Source: Guillardia theta nucleomorph
Lineage: Eukaryota; Protista; Cryptophyta
Reading direction: 5' to 3'
Assembly: GCA_000002975.1 (NCBI GenBank)
Contig: AJ010592.2
Coordinates: forward strand, 148,916 to 180,915
DNA length: 32,000 nt
The notes beneath the pieces were generated by a model, which was not told the DNA's origin, did no database searches, and saw nothing but the letters and a program-made list of their open reading frames with translations. Numbering within the stretch: the stretch's first letter is position 1; each line of letters starts with the position of its first letter. Shown piece by piece: positions 1 to 8,760 of this stretch. The position numbers and the translations under genes are program-made.

Positions 1-2
1 AA

Positions 3-2537
3 AAATCAAATAAAAATGCATTGAATTTTTATTTTTTTTTTCATAATAGAATTAAAAAAATGATTTATATTTCTTTTCATTTAATCTTCTGTTCATTATC
101 TAAAAAAAGCATCTTTTCAATATACTTATATTGGGTTATAAAGGAATTATTACTATCAAATATTAACAACAATGAAATTAATAAACTCATTTTAATTATA
201 GCTGTAAATATTTCTTTATCAACACATTCAAAATATTTAGAAATTTCAAAAGAATTGATTTCAAAAATATTTTTTAGCTATGAACTTTTTGATTATATTA
301 TTGGATTAATTAAAAACAGATTATCTCTTAAGTTAAATTCTTCCAATATTTATGAATTTCTTGAGAATATAATAGAATTATTTAAAATCTGTCTAGAAAA
401 AGTTTTAAAGGAAGATGAAAGATTTTATTTGATAAAAATGGAAGATTTTTTTTTCAAAGTAACAGAAAGGATATTTTTATCAATTTCTAATATAAGAAAA
501 CATTACTTTGGAAAAAACCAAATTTATCTTATAAAAAACTTTTTTTCAATGTTTAAATTGATGAATGCTAATTTTTATTTTTATAAAGGAAAAATTCTTC
601 ATATAATCAAGTTGAAAATGTTATTTTACTTGATTAAAATCTCAGAAAATGTAAACGATTTTAAAAAGAAGGATTTTTTGAAACTTGAACATACTTTAAT
701 TAATTCTATTATTCAGGATAATTATGATAACTCAATTCAATACAAAACTTCAATTATTCTTTTTTTACTTTTTTTAAAGAAAATTAACGCAAGATCAAAG
801 ACAAGCATTAACTATCTAAGATTCATTAATATATTTTTAAGTAATGAAAATCTTATAAAAGCACTTCGTATACCTTTTATTTTAAACGAAATGGTCGAAA
901 CTTTAAAATTATTTTTATTAAATCCTTATAAAAACAAATATGTTGAATTATTGTATTCATCAGATACAACAAATCTATTTCTAATGTTCAAATCTATCCG
1001 AGAAATACTACTGATAAAACTATTTGGCAAAATAAGTTTTTTTTCATTTGGAAATAGAGAAATAAAAAATCTACTAGATAGTTTACTTTTTTTCCAATTC
1101 CCAATATTAAAAGGAAATTCACACAAAACCATTATTAATACTTATCGTAACATTCATCTATCAAAATTGGTATATATGAATCTTGATTGCCATATGGAAC
1201 AATCGTATTCGGAAAAATTTTTATTAGATAATATAGTTATTTTAAGGAATCAACTTTCCCATAAGAATATTAGAATATTTTTCAATGATACTTCGAGAAA
1301 CTTTAGAATTTACGATAAGATTGACAATCATACTGTTAATTTTTTAAGGAAATTCCTATTCTTGAGGGGAAACAATGGCTCGATAGTTTTAATGGATAGT
1401 TATCAAGATAATAATCTGTATAATTTTCTCAGTCTTTTTGTAAAAAAAGGTGTAAAATTAAGTTATCGTTTTTCAGTAAGTTTTTCACTTTTATTAATAT
1501 TATCGATTCTTAAAATGCTTGTAACTTATAATTTTAAGGAAACCATCGACTTGAATGTGAAAACAATTTTAAATTTGATGGATTTTGTTTTAGAACAAAT
1601 AATCTTATCAAATTCTAGTTTATTGAATTCAAGTTTTTTTGAGTCTTTGTATTTATTAAACAAAATTTATATGCTCAAAAATAAAAAATCAAGTGAAATT
1701 ATATTTACAGCTACAAATCTCCTTAATATTAAATTAGAACATCCTTATAAAAGTTTATGGTATAAAATTTTTCATAATTATTCTGAAATGTTTGAAGAAA
1801 AGATTAGTAAAAGTGATTGTTTAAAATTTATTTTAGAAATCGAAAATTGGAATGATTTAAAAATATTAAAAACAATTAGATCTATTTTTATTTTTCTAAT
1901 CAAAAATTTTAGAATGTACTCTAATGAAGAATTCATAAATGTATTAATCTTATTTGAGTATACTTCATTTTATCATAGTGTAGATGATGAATTTCTGTAT
2001 ATTGTTCAATGTATTGAAAAAATTTTGTATGATAAAATGAACTTCCAAGCTCGATTTTTTGAAATCATTTTTAAACTATTATTCAATATAAATAATTCTG
2101 ATGTAAGATTGTATTTTAACTTAAAATTATACAAATTATTTTTTTACGCTTTCGGAATGGGTAACAATGAATTTTTAAACTTTTTTCAAAATGATTTCTT
2201 TGTTGCTATTAATAATTTTTTGGTTATTAATATCAAAAATTGTCTTAAAATTAAATTCAATAGTTTTCAATTTCATTTATTTATCGATGAATGTGAAAAT
2301 ATAAATTTAGATTTTAGCTTTATATATTTGATATTTTATAAGGTAATTAGATTGCTAATCATAAAAATTGTAGATCAATACAAAAACAACATTGATGTAA
2401 ATAACTTTGAGTTTTTTAGAGTCCTATTAAATATTAATCAAGAACACGAATATAATTTAATTAAAATTTTGTTTAAAATTGAAAAATTAATGAATAAACT
2501 AACATCAGAGAAACCAATCTTTAATTTGATTTTTTAG
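3..2537 (+). CDS. Large hypothetical protein (nucleomorph ORFan, >=825 aa), possibly 5'-truncated by the window
   Basis: Stop-free frame of >2.5 kb in very AT-rich DNA. The frame is open back to the window edge; the first in-window ATG is at 60 (the track start at 21 is TTG). F/I/L/N/K-rich; no motif recognised. Confidence 0.8.
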   Translation, partial: KSNKNALNFYFFFHNRIKKMIYISFHLIFCSLSKKSIFSIYLYWVIKELLLSNINNNEINKLILIIAVNISLSTHSKYLEISKELISKIFFSYELFDYIIGLIKNRLSLKLNSSNIYEFLENIIELFKICLEKVLKEDERFYLIKMEDFFFKVTERIFLSISNIRKHYFGKNQIYLIKNFFSMFKLMNANFYFYKGKILHIIKLKMLFYLIKISENVNDFKKKDFLKLEHTLINSIIQDNYDNSIQYKTSIILFLLFLKKINARSKTSINYLRFINIFLSNENLIKALRIPFILNEMVETLKLFLLNPYKNKYVELLYSSDTTNLFLMFKSIREILLIKLFGKISFFSFGNREIKNLLDSLLFFQFPILKGNSHKTIINTYRNIHLSKLVYMNLDCHMEQSYSEKFLLDNIVILRNQLSHKNIRIFFNDTSRNFRIYDKIDNHTVNFLRKFLFLRGNNGSIVLMDSYQDNNLYNFLSLFVKKGVKLSYRFSVSFSLLLILSILKMLVTYNFKETIDLNVKTILNLMDFVLEQIILSNSSLLNSSFFESLYLLNKIYMLKNKKSSEIIFTATNLLNIKLEHPYKSLWYKIFHNYSEMFEEKISKSDCLKFILEIENWNDLKILKTIRSIFIFLIKNFRMYSNEEFINVLILFEYTSFYHSVDDEFLYIVQCIEKILYDKMNFQARFFEIIFKLLFNINNSDVRLYFNLKLYKLFFYAFGMGNNEFLNFFQNDFFVAINNFLVINIKNCLKIKFNSFQFHLFIDECENINLDFSFIYLIFYKVIRLLIIKIVDQYKNNIDVNNFEFFRVLLNINQEHEYNLIKILFKIEKLMNKLTSEKPIFNLIF

Positions 2538-2663
2538 TATTTTCATGGAAAATACTATTTCCTTTTTTTTATTTTTATTTTTAAGTTTATAAAGTGATGA
2601 TTTTTTTTTTAAGATTTTCTCAAACCTAGGAACAAATTTTACTAAAGAGTTATTTAACAGAAA

Positions 2664-2734
2664 TGCCATAACCCAGATTCGAACTGAGGTCTTCACGGCC
2701 ACAACGTGATATTCTACCACTGAACTATTATGGC
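2664..2734 (-). tRNA. trnH-GTG: tRNA-His(GTG)
   Basis: Reverse complement folds as a cloverleaf: acceptor GCCATAA/TTATGGC, anticodon arm TCACG-TTGTGGC-CGTGA, T-loop TTCGAAT, discriminator A. No encoded CCA or G-1. Confidence 0.96.
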
Positions 2735-2748
2735 TTTAAAACTAAAAA

Positions 2749-3195
2749 TTAAAAAAAAATTGTATTTTTGTTTTTTGAATATTCGTAATACTGATATGAT
2801 AATTTGTTTTTAATTAAAAAATTTGAATCTGTTTTTTTAACAATATATTTAAATTTTCTTCTTTTGTAAAATTTTAAATCTATACTAAATATTTCTTTGA
2901 AATTTTTTTGTATTATAAATGCAATGTAGTTAGAACTTGATAGTTTTTTGAATAGTTTATTGATTTCTTTACAAAAATAATTAAACAATTGTTTTTCTTT
3001 AATTTTAAATAATTCTTTAGAAACTTTAATTTTTTTACTTAAATTGTAGTTGTTTTTCAAATTTTTGAAAAATGAAGAAAAATTCGTCTTATATTTTTCT
3101 AGAAATAAAAAGATTTTATTTTCCATTCTAACTTCATTATTAAAAATAAATAATTCTTCTAAATCTACGATATATTGTACAATTTGGAAAATCAT
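2749..3195 (-). CDS. Hypothetical protein (148 aa)
   Basis: ATG-initiated ORF that tiles between tRNA-His and the TFIIE-alpha-like gene; no motif recognised. Confidence 0.65.
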   Translation of the reverse strand: MIFQIVQYIVDLEELFIFNNEVRMENKIFLFLEKYKTNFSSFFKNLKNNYNLSKKIKVSKELFKIKEKQLFNYFCKEINKLFKKLSSSNYIAFIIQKNFKEIFSIDLKFYKRRKFKYIVKKTDSNFLIKNKLSYQYYEYSKNKNTIFF

Positions 3196-3242
3196 AATAA
3201 CTGATTTATTTAAAATACGTTTATATACAAGTTTAAGTATAA

Positions 3243-3866
3243 TTATTTTGAATCAATTAAAGATTTTAAACTGCATATTAAGGTAATAACATTTTCCTTA
3301 TTATTAAGAATATATCTATTAAATTTGGCTAAATTTGTACTATTAAAATTTTCAAGTTTAGATCCACATATAATATTTTGATTCAGAATATTTTTACAAT
3401 ACAACTCAGAGTCGATATCGTTAATATTTAATGAAGAGATCGATGTAATATCATAAATTTTCTTACAAATTTTTCTTGTACAAATCAAGACAGGAGTGAA
3501 ATCAGTAATTTTATTTTCAAATTTCATTTTAGATATTTTATTAATTTTGATTTTTACATTATTAAAAAACAAATTTGTTTCGAAATACCAAAATCTTAAC
3601 TTAAAGAATTTTTTGAATTTCGAAGCTTTATTTTTTTTATGATATAATTTCTTGAATAAGCGATCTTCAAATAAAATTACCTTTTCTTTTAATAAACTGT
3701 TAGTTATTTTTTTTACAATTTTTAAATCGAGTGTCAAAAGTTTAGATATAGAAATTTCTGATATATATTTATATTGTAGAATGATTTTTATAGTTAGAAT
3801 TTGTACATCACAATAAAAAATGTTTACCATTGAATTAATTTTCGATTCAATATCGGTATTGTTCAT
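3243..3866 (-). CDS. TFA1: Transcription initiation factor TFIIE alpha subunit-like (winged helix + zinc ribbon, no acidic C-terminus)
   Basis: FYCDVQILTIKIIL..ISKLLTLDLKIVKKITNSLLKEKVI and WYFETNLFFNNVKIKI align by eye with TFIIE-alpha FYGxEHxLxLDIL..[22 protein letters not shown] and YYFINYxxLVNVVKYKL. Four Cys follow (CTRKIC...YCKN...ICGSKLE). Confidence 0.75.
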   Translation of the reverse strand: MNNTDIESKINSMVNIFYCDVQILTIKIILQYKYISEISISKLLTLDLKIVKKITNSLLKEKVILFEDRLFKKLYHKKNKASKFKKFFKLRFWYFETNLFFNNVKIKINKISKMKFENKITDFTPVLICTRKICKKIYDITSISSLNINDIDSELYCKNILNQNIICGSKLENFNSTNLAKFNRYILNNKENVITLICSLKSLIDSK

Positions 3867-3896
3867 AACAATAAAATTTTTTTATTAATTAAAATG

Positions 3897-4145
3897 TTAA
3901 ATTATTAATATTAATACAATATTATCACCCCTTAGGAATACCTTTGGTATGAATTTTGACTTTATTTTAATTAATTCTGAAAAATTTTCTCCAACAAATT
4001 TTATTTCATTTACATTTTCCAATAAAAGATTAAGATGTTTATCATAATTTATTATTTTTCCTATCATTCTTTTATTATTTCTAAGAATTATCATTACACT
4101 TTTATCGTTCCTAACGCATCCTGATATGTAATCAAAAGGGATCAT
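3897..4145 (-). CDS. snrpD2: Small nuclear ribonucleoprotein Sm D2
   Basis: Sm1 motif LRNNKRMIGKIINYDKHLNLLLENVNE and Sm2 motif KVFLRGDNIVLI, both SmD2-type. ATG is at 4145 (the track start is TTG). Confidence 0.85.
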   Translation of the reverse strand: MIPFDYISGCVRNDKSVMIILRNNKRMIGKIINYDKHLNLLLENVNEIKFVGENFSELIKIKSKFIPKVFLRGDNIVLILII

Positions 4146-4174
4146 AAGTGTCAACTTAAAATTATTTTATATCA

Positions 4175-4567
4175 TTAATAAAAAAATCCTAATATTTTTC
4201 CACCAGTTTTTTTTATTGATGCAGTTCTATGATCCATCATACCTAAAGAAGTAGACAAAATTATGAAACCATATTGTCTTGATGGAAGAACTTTATTTAT
4301 CCATGTTTCAAAGTCATCAAGTTTGATATCAAACCTCGGTGATATTACTCTACATTTGTTTATTCTGCCTATTAATTCAACGATTACTTTACCACATCTG
4401 TGATCTTCAATTTTCAGAATTTTGCCAATATATCCTTTTTTTTGCATTATTTTTAAAAATTTAACAACTAAAGATGATATTTTTTTTAGCAATACTTCAC
4501 TCTTTCCAATCTTTTCTGCATTACTTATTGTTTTCAATGCATTTGCTAAAACATTAAATTTGCTCAT
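4175..4567 (-). CDS. rps15A: 40S ribosomal protein S15A (uS8)
   Basis: NVLANALK...[26 protein letters not shown]...LPSRQYG...GGKILGFFY; 130 aa from the ATG at 4567. Confidence 0.97.
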   Translation of the reverse strand: MSKFNVLANALKTISNAEKIGKSEVLLKKISSLVVKFLKIMQKKGYIGKILKIEDHRCGKVIVELIGRINKCRVISPRFDIKLDDFETWINKVLPSRQYGFIILSTSLGMMDHRTASIKKTGGKILGFFY

Positions 4568-4612
4568 TATTTCGATTTTTAACAATTGTATATAATAAAT
4601 GTGAAAATTTTA

Positions 4613-5797
4613 TTAATTATATTTAATGTATCGTGATGTATAGCTGAATTTTAAATTGTTTTTCAAGACTTTGTTTATTGAATCTAAAAAGTCTTCTTCA
4701 TAAACAATTTTATGTCTTTTTCTTATTGCAAACATACCTGCTTCAATACAAATACTTCTAATGTCTGCTCCTGTTGAATTTGGACATAACCTTGCAATTA
4801 ATTCGTATCTTATTGATTCTTCTTTTTTCATTTTTTTTGAATGTATTTTTAGAATAGTCACTCTTCCACTCAAATCTGGTAAGGAAAATTCAATCTTTCT
4901 ATCTAATCTACCGGGTCTCAATAAGGCTGGATCAATTGTGTCAGGTCTATTTGTAGCCATCAGAACTTTTGTATTTCCTCTTTTTTCAAAACCATCTAGT
5001 TGATTAACAATTTCTAACATCGTTCTCTGTACTTCATTCTCTCCTCCACTTGCCCCACTAAATCTTGTTCCTCCGATTGCATCCAATTCATCAAAAAACA
5101 TTATACAGGCAAATTTAGTTTTTGAAAGATTAAAAAGTTCTCTAACTAATCGTGCTCCTTCTCCAATATACTTCTGAACTAATTCTGAACAATTTATTTT
5201 TACGAAACTAGCGTTTGTTTTGTTAGCAACAGCGCGGGCAACGAGAGTCTTTCCTGTTCCTGGAGGTCCATATAAAAGAGCTCCTTTTGGAGGGTCAATT
5301 CCCATAAGAGAAAATCGTCTTGGATATAATAATGGGTATTCAACAATTTCTTTTATTTCCAATATTTGATTTTTACAACCTCCAATTTCTTTATATGTTA
5401 TTTCCGGTTTTTCCTCGACTGTCATCATAGTAACATTAGGATCAATTTTTAATGGTAAAGTTATTTGTATTTGGTATTTACTTCTATCTATTCCAACTCT
5501 CATCCCTTCTTCTATATCTGTAGGTGAAAGCTTTTCTCCAATATTGACAACAAATTTTCCAGAATGTTTTACGTATACAATACAATTTACCTGGTCTTTT
5601 TTATTCTTGAAAATTTTTGTGCATTGAGCAACTTGCAATGCATTTTCATTCTGAGTTTTAATTTGGTCTTGAAATAAATTCCATTCCTGAGGTTTTTTGT
5701 AATTTGAAAATTCATATATTGATTCGAATAAATTTTCTATAGATTCACTTTTTTCATGAATCAATTTTATTAAGATAAGTTTTATTGAATTTAACAT
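4613..5797 (-). CDS. RPT1: 26S proteasome AAA-ATPase regulatory subunit Rpt1 (subunit 7)
   Basis: Walker A GPPGTGKT, Walker B FFDELD, SRH motif [14 protein letters not shown], and Rpt1-specific [12 protein letters not shown] and MMTVEEKP. Confidence 0.95.
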   Translation of the reverse strand: MLNSIKLILIKLIHEKSESIENLFESIYEFSNYKKPQEWNLFQDQIKTQNENALQVAQCTKIFKNKKDQVNCIVYVKHSGKFVVNIGEKLSPTDIEEGMRVGIDRSKYQIQITLPLKIDPNVTMMTVEEKPEITYKEIGGCKNQILEIKEIVEYPLLYPRRFSLMGIDPPKGALLYGPPGTGKTLVARAVANKTNASFVKINCSELVQKYIGEGARLVRELFNLSKTKFACIMFFDELDAIGGTRFSGASGGENEVQRTMLEIVNQLDGFEKRGNTKVLMATNRPDTIDPALLRPGRLDRKIEFSLPDLSGRVTILKIHSKKMKKEESIRYELIARLCPNSTGADIRSICIEAGMFAIRKRHKIVYEEDFLDSINKVLKNNLKFSYTSRYIKYN

Positions 5798-5869
5798 GTT
5801 GTCAATTACAATATTTTAAGCTTTTAATAAAAATTTTAATTAATTTATATAAGATAATAAACATAAAAC

Positions 5870-6775
5870 ATGGATTTTTATTTTCTCAAAGTGGATTTTT
5901 GTAAAATAAGAGCATCAATTTTAACTGAAAAAAACAATAAAATAATTCTTGGTGATGATAAAGGTAAAGTAATTATAATTGATTTAATAAGCCAAAAAAT
6001 TAAATCAAGTTTTTATATATATGAGAATTTTTCAATAAATGAGTTTTCTAGTAGAGAAAATTTACTTTATTGTGCATCAGAAAATATGAAGATACCAATA
6101 TTTGACATTAACAAAAACAAAAAAATAAGAGAATTATGTGGTCATGAAGGAATTGTTACCGATGTTAAAAATAAACATAATTATTTACTTTCAGGAGGGA
6201 AAGATGGTTTTGTTCATTTGTGGGATACAAGAATTAATTTGCCTATTATGAATTTTGTAAATAATGGGATTGTTGACTCTGTTGGTTTTTTTGAATTTCC
6301 AAATTCAATTCATTCAACTTATAATAGCAACAGATTTAATTTATGGGACTTGAGAATACACGATAAACCAGTCAGCCAATTTCAAATTAATGGTATTGAT
6401 TTTTATAAATCTAAAGGTAAAATAACTGTAAATGAAAAAAAAAACATTCTATTGTTTGCAGATTTTAAACAAATTATTAATTTGATTTATTATAACCAAT
6501 CTTTAAAGATTTTTTATTTAAAATCCAATCTAATTAAAAAAAAAAAAACTATAAATCAAAAGGTTTCTATGATTAAAACAGACCGAAATTTTTTAACTAT
6601 TGTTATAGTTTATGATGAGGGAAATATTGAAGTTTTTAGAAAAAATTTAAAAAAATATTATTTTATTTCAAAAATATCTGACTCAAGAATTATTAACTTA
6701 AATGTAAAGTCTTCCGGCTCACTTCTTTTTATAACTTGTAATGATGGTAAAATGATCCTCGTAAAATTATCATGA
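5870..6775 (+). CDS. WD40-repeat protein (possibly U5 snRNP 40 kDa-like; orthology uncertain)
   Basis: GH...WD repeats (LCGHEGIVTDV...LLSGGKDGFVHLWDTR; FNLWDLR). Confidence 0.8.
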   Translation: MDFYFLKVDFCKIRASILTEKNNKIILGDDKGKVIIIDLISQKIKSSFYIYENFSINEFSSRENLLYCASENMKIPIFDINKNKKIRELCGHEGIVTDVKNKHNYLLSGGKDGFVHLWDTRINLPIMNFVNNGIVDSVGFFEFPNSIHSTYNSNRFNLWDLRIHDKPVSQFQINGIDFYKSKGKITVNEKKNILLFADFKQIINLIYYNQSLKIFYLKSNLIKKKKTINQKVSMIKTDRNFLTIVIVYDEGNIEVFRKNLKKYYFISKISDSRIINLNVKSSGSLLFITCNDGKMILVKLS

Positions 6776-6785
6776 ATGTTAAAAT

Positions 6786-7159
6786 TCATACAATTGGTCC
6801 AATAATACTTTGAAATAAAACTCTTATTTCATAATATGTAATATTTCCATCATAATCAACAAAAGCTAAATTTATTTTTTAATAATTGAACTGTTTTTAA
6901 AATTTAGAAAATAAAAAAATTTTTTAACTCTCTCCGTTACAAATTTTACAAAACTATTGAAAATAAAAAAAAGTTCTATATGTTTATTATCTATTCCTGT
7001 AATGATAAAAAAAGTTTGCAAAAAATTGCTTTTCAAAATTTTGCAAGATTTTAGTTTCCTAATAAATACTAGATCATTGTAAACTATAAATAAAATATCA
7101 TTATTACCCTCATGTTTTATATTTTCTAGATAGTTCACCTTTTTGATTAATTTCATCAT
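6786..7159 (-). CDS. Apparently frameshifted gene (~124 aa if joined); C-terminus resembles tRNA-splicing endonuclease Sen15/EndA
   Basis: The 95-aa ORF stops at 6872. Adding one base in the A6 run (6875-6880) continues it as KINLAFVDYDGNITYYEIRVLFQSIIGPIV* to 6786. Confidence 0.5.
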
Positions 7160-7252
7160 TTGATTGTAATGTTTGTTAAAATCTTTTTTATTTATTTAAT
7201 GATTTATAATAGTCCTAGAGTAAAAAAAAATTTAGAACTATTTTCTAAACAT

Positions 7253-7843
7253 TTAAACAAAATCATGAAAAAGACTTAACAAATACATGAAAAATGAATT
7301 TTGCTTTTTTCTACAACTTTTTTTATTTATTAATTTAGAAATAAATGAAAAATAACAAGATTTGATAAATAATAATTTCGTTAAAGAACGTTTTAAATTT
7401 CTATTATTACAAAATATTTTAAATTTTTTTTTTTTTTCATTTGAAAGTATATCTAATTTATTTTGGAAACCTTTAAAAATATGATAGTCTATAAAATTCA
7501 TATTATTTTTTCTTAAAATTTTCAAATTTTCTAAATTCAATTGGTTTACAAGAATAATTTCGAAACTATCAAATGATTTTTTAATATTAAAATTTTTACA
7601 AAATTTATTAATTTGATTATTTGGTAGGAAAAAAACAGGTTTTAATAGTTGATTTATTGGATAATAAAGAATTCTTTCTACTAGCTTCGATGATAATGCT
7701 CTCGTCAATATTTTTTTTGCTATGAATTTTTTGTAAATGTATTTAAAAGTTTTTTGATTCAAACTTTTATATATATGTTTTAGATATTCAAAATTTTTTA
7801 TTTGATTAGAAACTAATCTTGGTAAAGTCTCACTACTTTGCAT
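7253..7843 (-). CDS. Hypothetical protein (196 aa)
   Basis: ORF from the ATG at 7843 (the track's GTG start lies inside tRNA-Lys); no motif recognised. Confidence 0.7.
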   Translation of the reverse strand: MQSSETLPRLVSNQIKNFEYLKHIYKSLNQKTFKYIYKKFIAKKILTRALSSKLVERILYYPINQLLKPVFFLPNNQINKFCKNFNIKKSFDSFEIILVNQLNLENLKILRKNNMNFIDYHIFKGFQNKLDILSNEKKKKFKIFCNNRNLKRSLTKLLFIKSCYFSFISKLINKKSCRKKQNSFFMYLLSLFHDFV

Positions 7844-7861
7844 TGATATATTTAGACTAGT

Positions 7862-7934
7862 CACCTATCGAGGGAATCGAACCCACGACCAACAGATTAA
7901 GAGTCTGACGCTCTACCAACTGAGCTAGATAGGT
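7862..7934 (-). tRNA. trnK-CTT: tRNA-Lys(CTT)
   Basis: ACCTATC-TA-GCTC AGTTGGTA GAGC-G-TCAGA CTCTTAA TCTGT-TGGTC-GTGGG TTCGATT CCCTC-GATAGGT-G; 73 nt. Confidence 0.96.
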
Positions 7935-8635
7935 TACAAAAGATTTATGATAAAAGATTTTAACCAAATTTTTTTATTTCGAATTATATTATTATTGTAG
8001 TTGGGCAATGGTGCATACCAATCAGATTGATTGTATGAAAAATTATTTCTAATACATTTGTTCATTTTATTATATATAAAACCGCCTTTTGTAAGTTTTT
8101 CTTTTTTAAATTGAACCAAAATATTTTCTCTTGAATTTTTAATCCTTCTAAAGTATTGAAAATTTTTATCATGCATATAAATAACATTTTTTTTAGTTAA
8201 AAATGTCCATTCAAAAATAGAAATGTTTTTAGTAAAATTCATGGAATTGCCAAATTTATTTTGTTTATTGACTTTATTTTTTAAATATCGAATAAAGCTT
8301 GTTTTACCAACTTTTTTTTTACCTATTATTGATATCCTTAAATTTTTTTTTGCTTTTTTTTTTCCATTAAAAATAACTGTTAAAGATCTCTTGAAATTTT
8401 TTGTATTTACATAATGCGTGCTAAAATAAAGTATCAAACCATAAGTTGAAAAAATTTTGATCCATTTTCGTAAGACCCAGTTTGGAATTAAATCAGATTT
8501 ACTGAGAATGTAAATAAAATCTTTTTGTTGAATGTTATTTAAATCTGATTTTTTAATTATTGTTCTAAGGGGATCTCTAGAATCTAATACAACTAAAATA
8601 AAATCTGAATCTTTAATATTGAATTTAATTGACAT
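7934..8635 (-). CDS. NOG2: Divergent circularly permuted GTPase, Nog2/Nug1 (YlqF/YawG) family
   Basis: DFILVVLDSRDPL, G4-like YILSKSDLIPNWV and a downstream P-loop GKKKVGKT, in the permuted G4-before-G1 order. ATG is at 8635. Confidence 0.7.
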   Translation of the reverse strand: MSIKFNIKDSDFILVVLDSRDPLRTIIKKSDLNNIQQKDFIYILSKSDLIPNWVLRKWIKIFSTYGLILYFSTHYVNTKNFKRSLTVIFNGKKKAKKNLRISIIGKKKVGKTSFIRYLKNKVNKQNKFGNSMNFTKNISIFEWTFLTKKNVIYMHDKNFQYFRRIKNSRENILVQFKKEKLTKGGFIYNKMNKCIRNNFSYNQSDWYAPLPNYNNNIIRNKKIWLKSFIINLL

Positions 8636-8760
8636 ATTGTTATTTATTCTAAGCAATTCAATCTTAAGAATATTTACTTTATGTTTTTATAATAATGTTT
8701 TTAATATATTATAGTTTTTAATTGTATTGATAATTTAATCACATAAAAAAATTATAAGGT

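Noticed and set aside
6891-6940. 50-nt GTAACG...AAACAG segment on the minus strand, in the size range of nucleomorph spliceosomal introns
   Set aside because: Splicing gives TTC AAT TAT TAA, an immediate stop, so it does not join the ORF to the Sen15-like tail.
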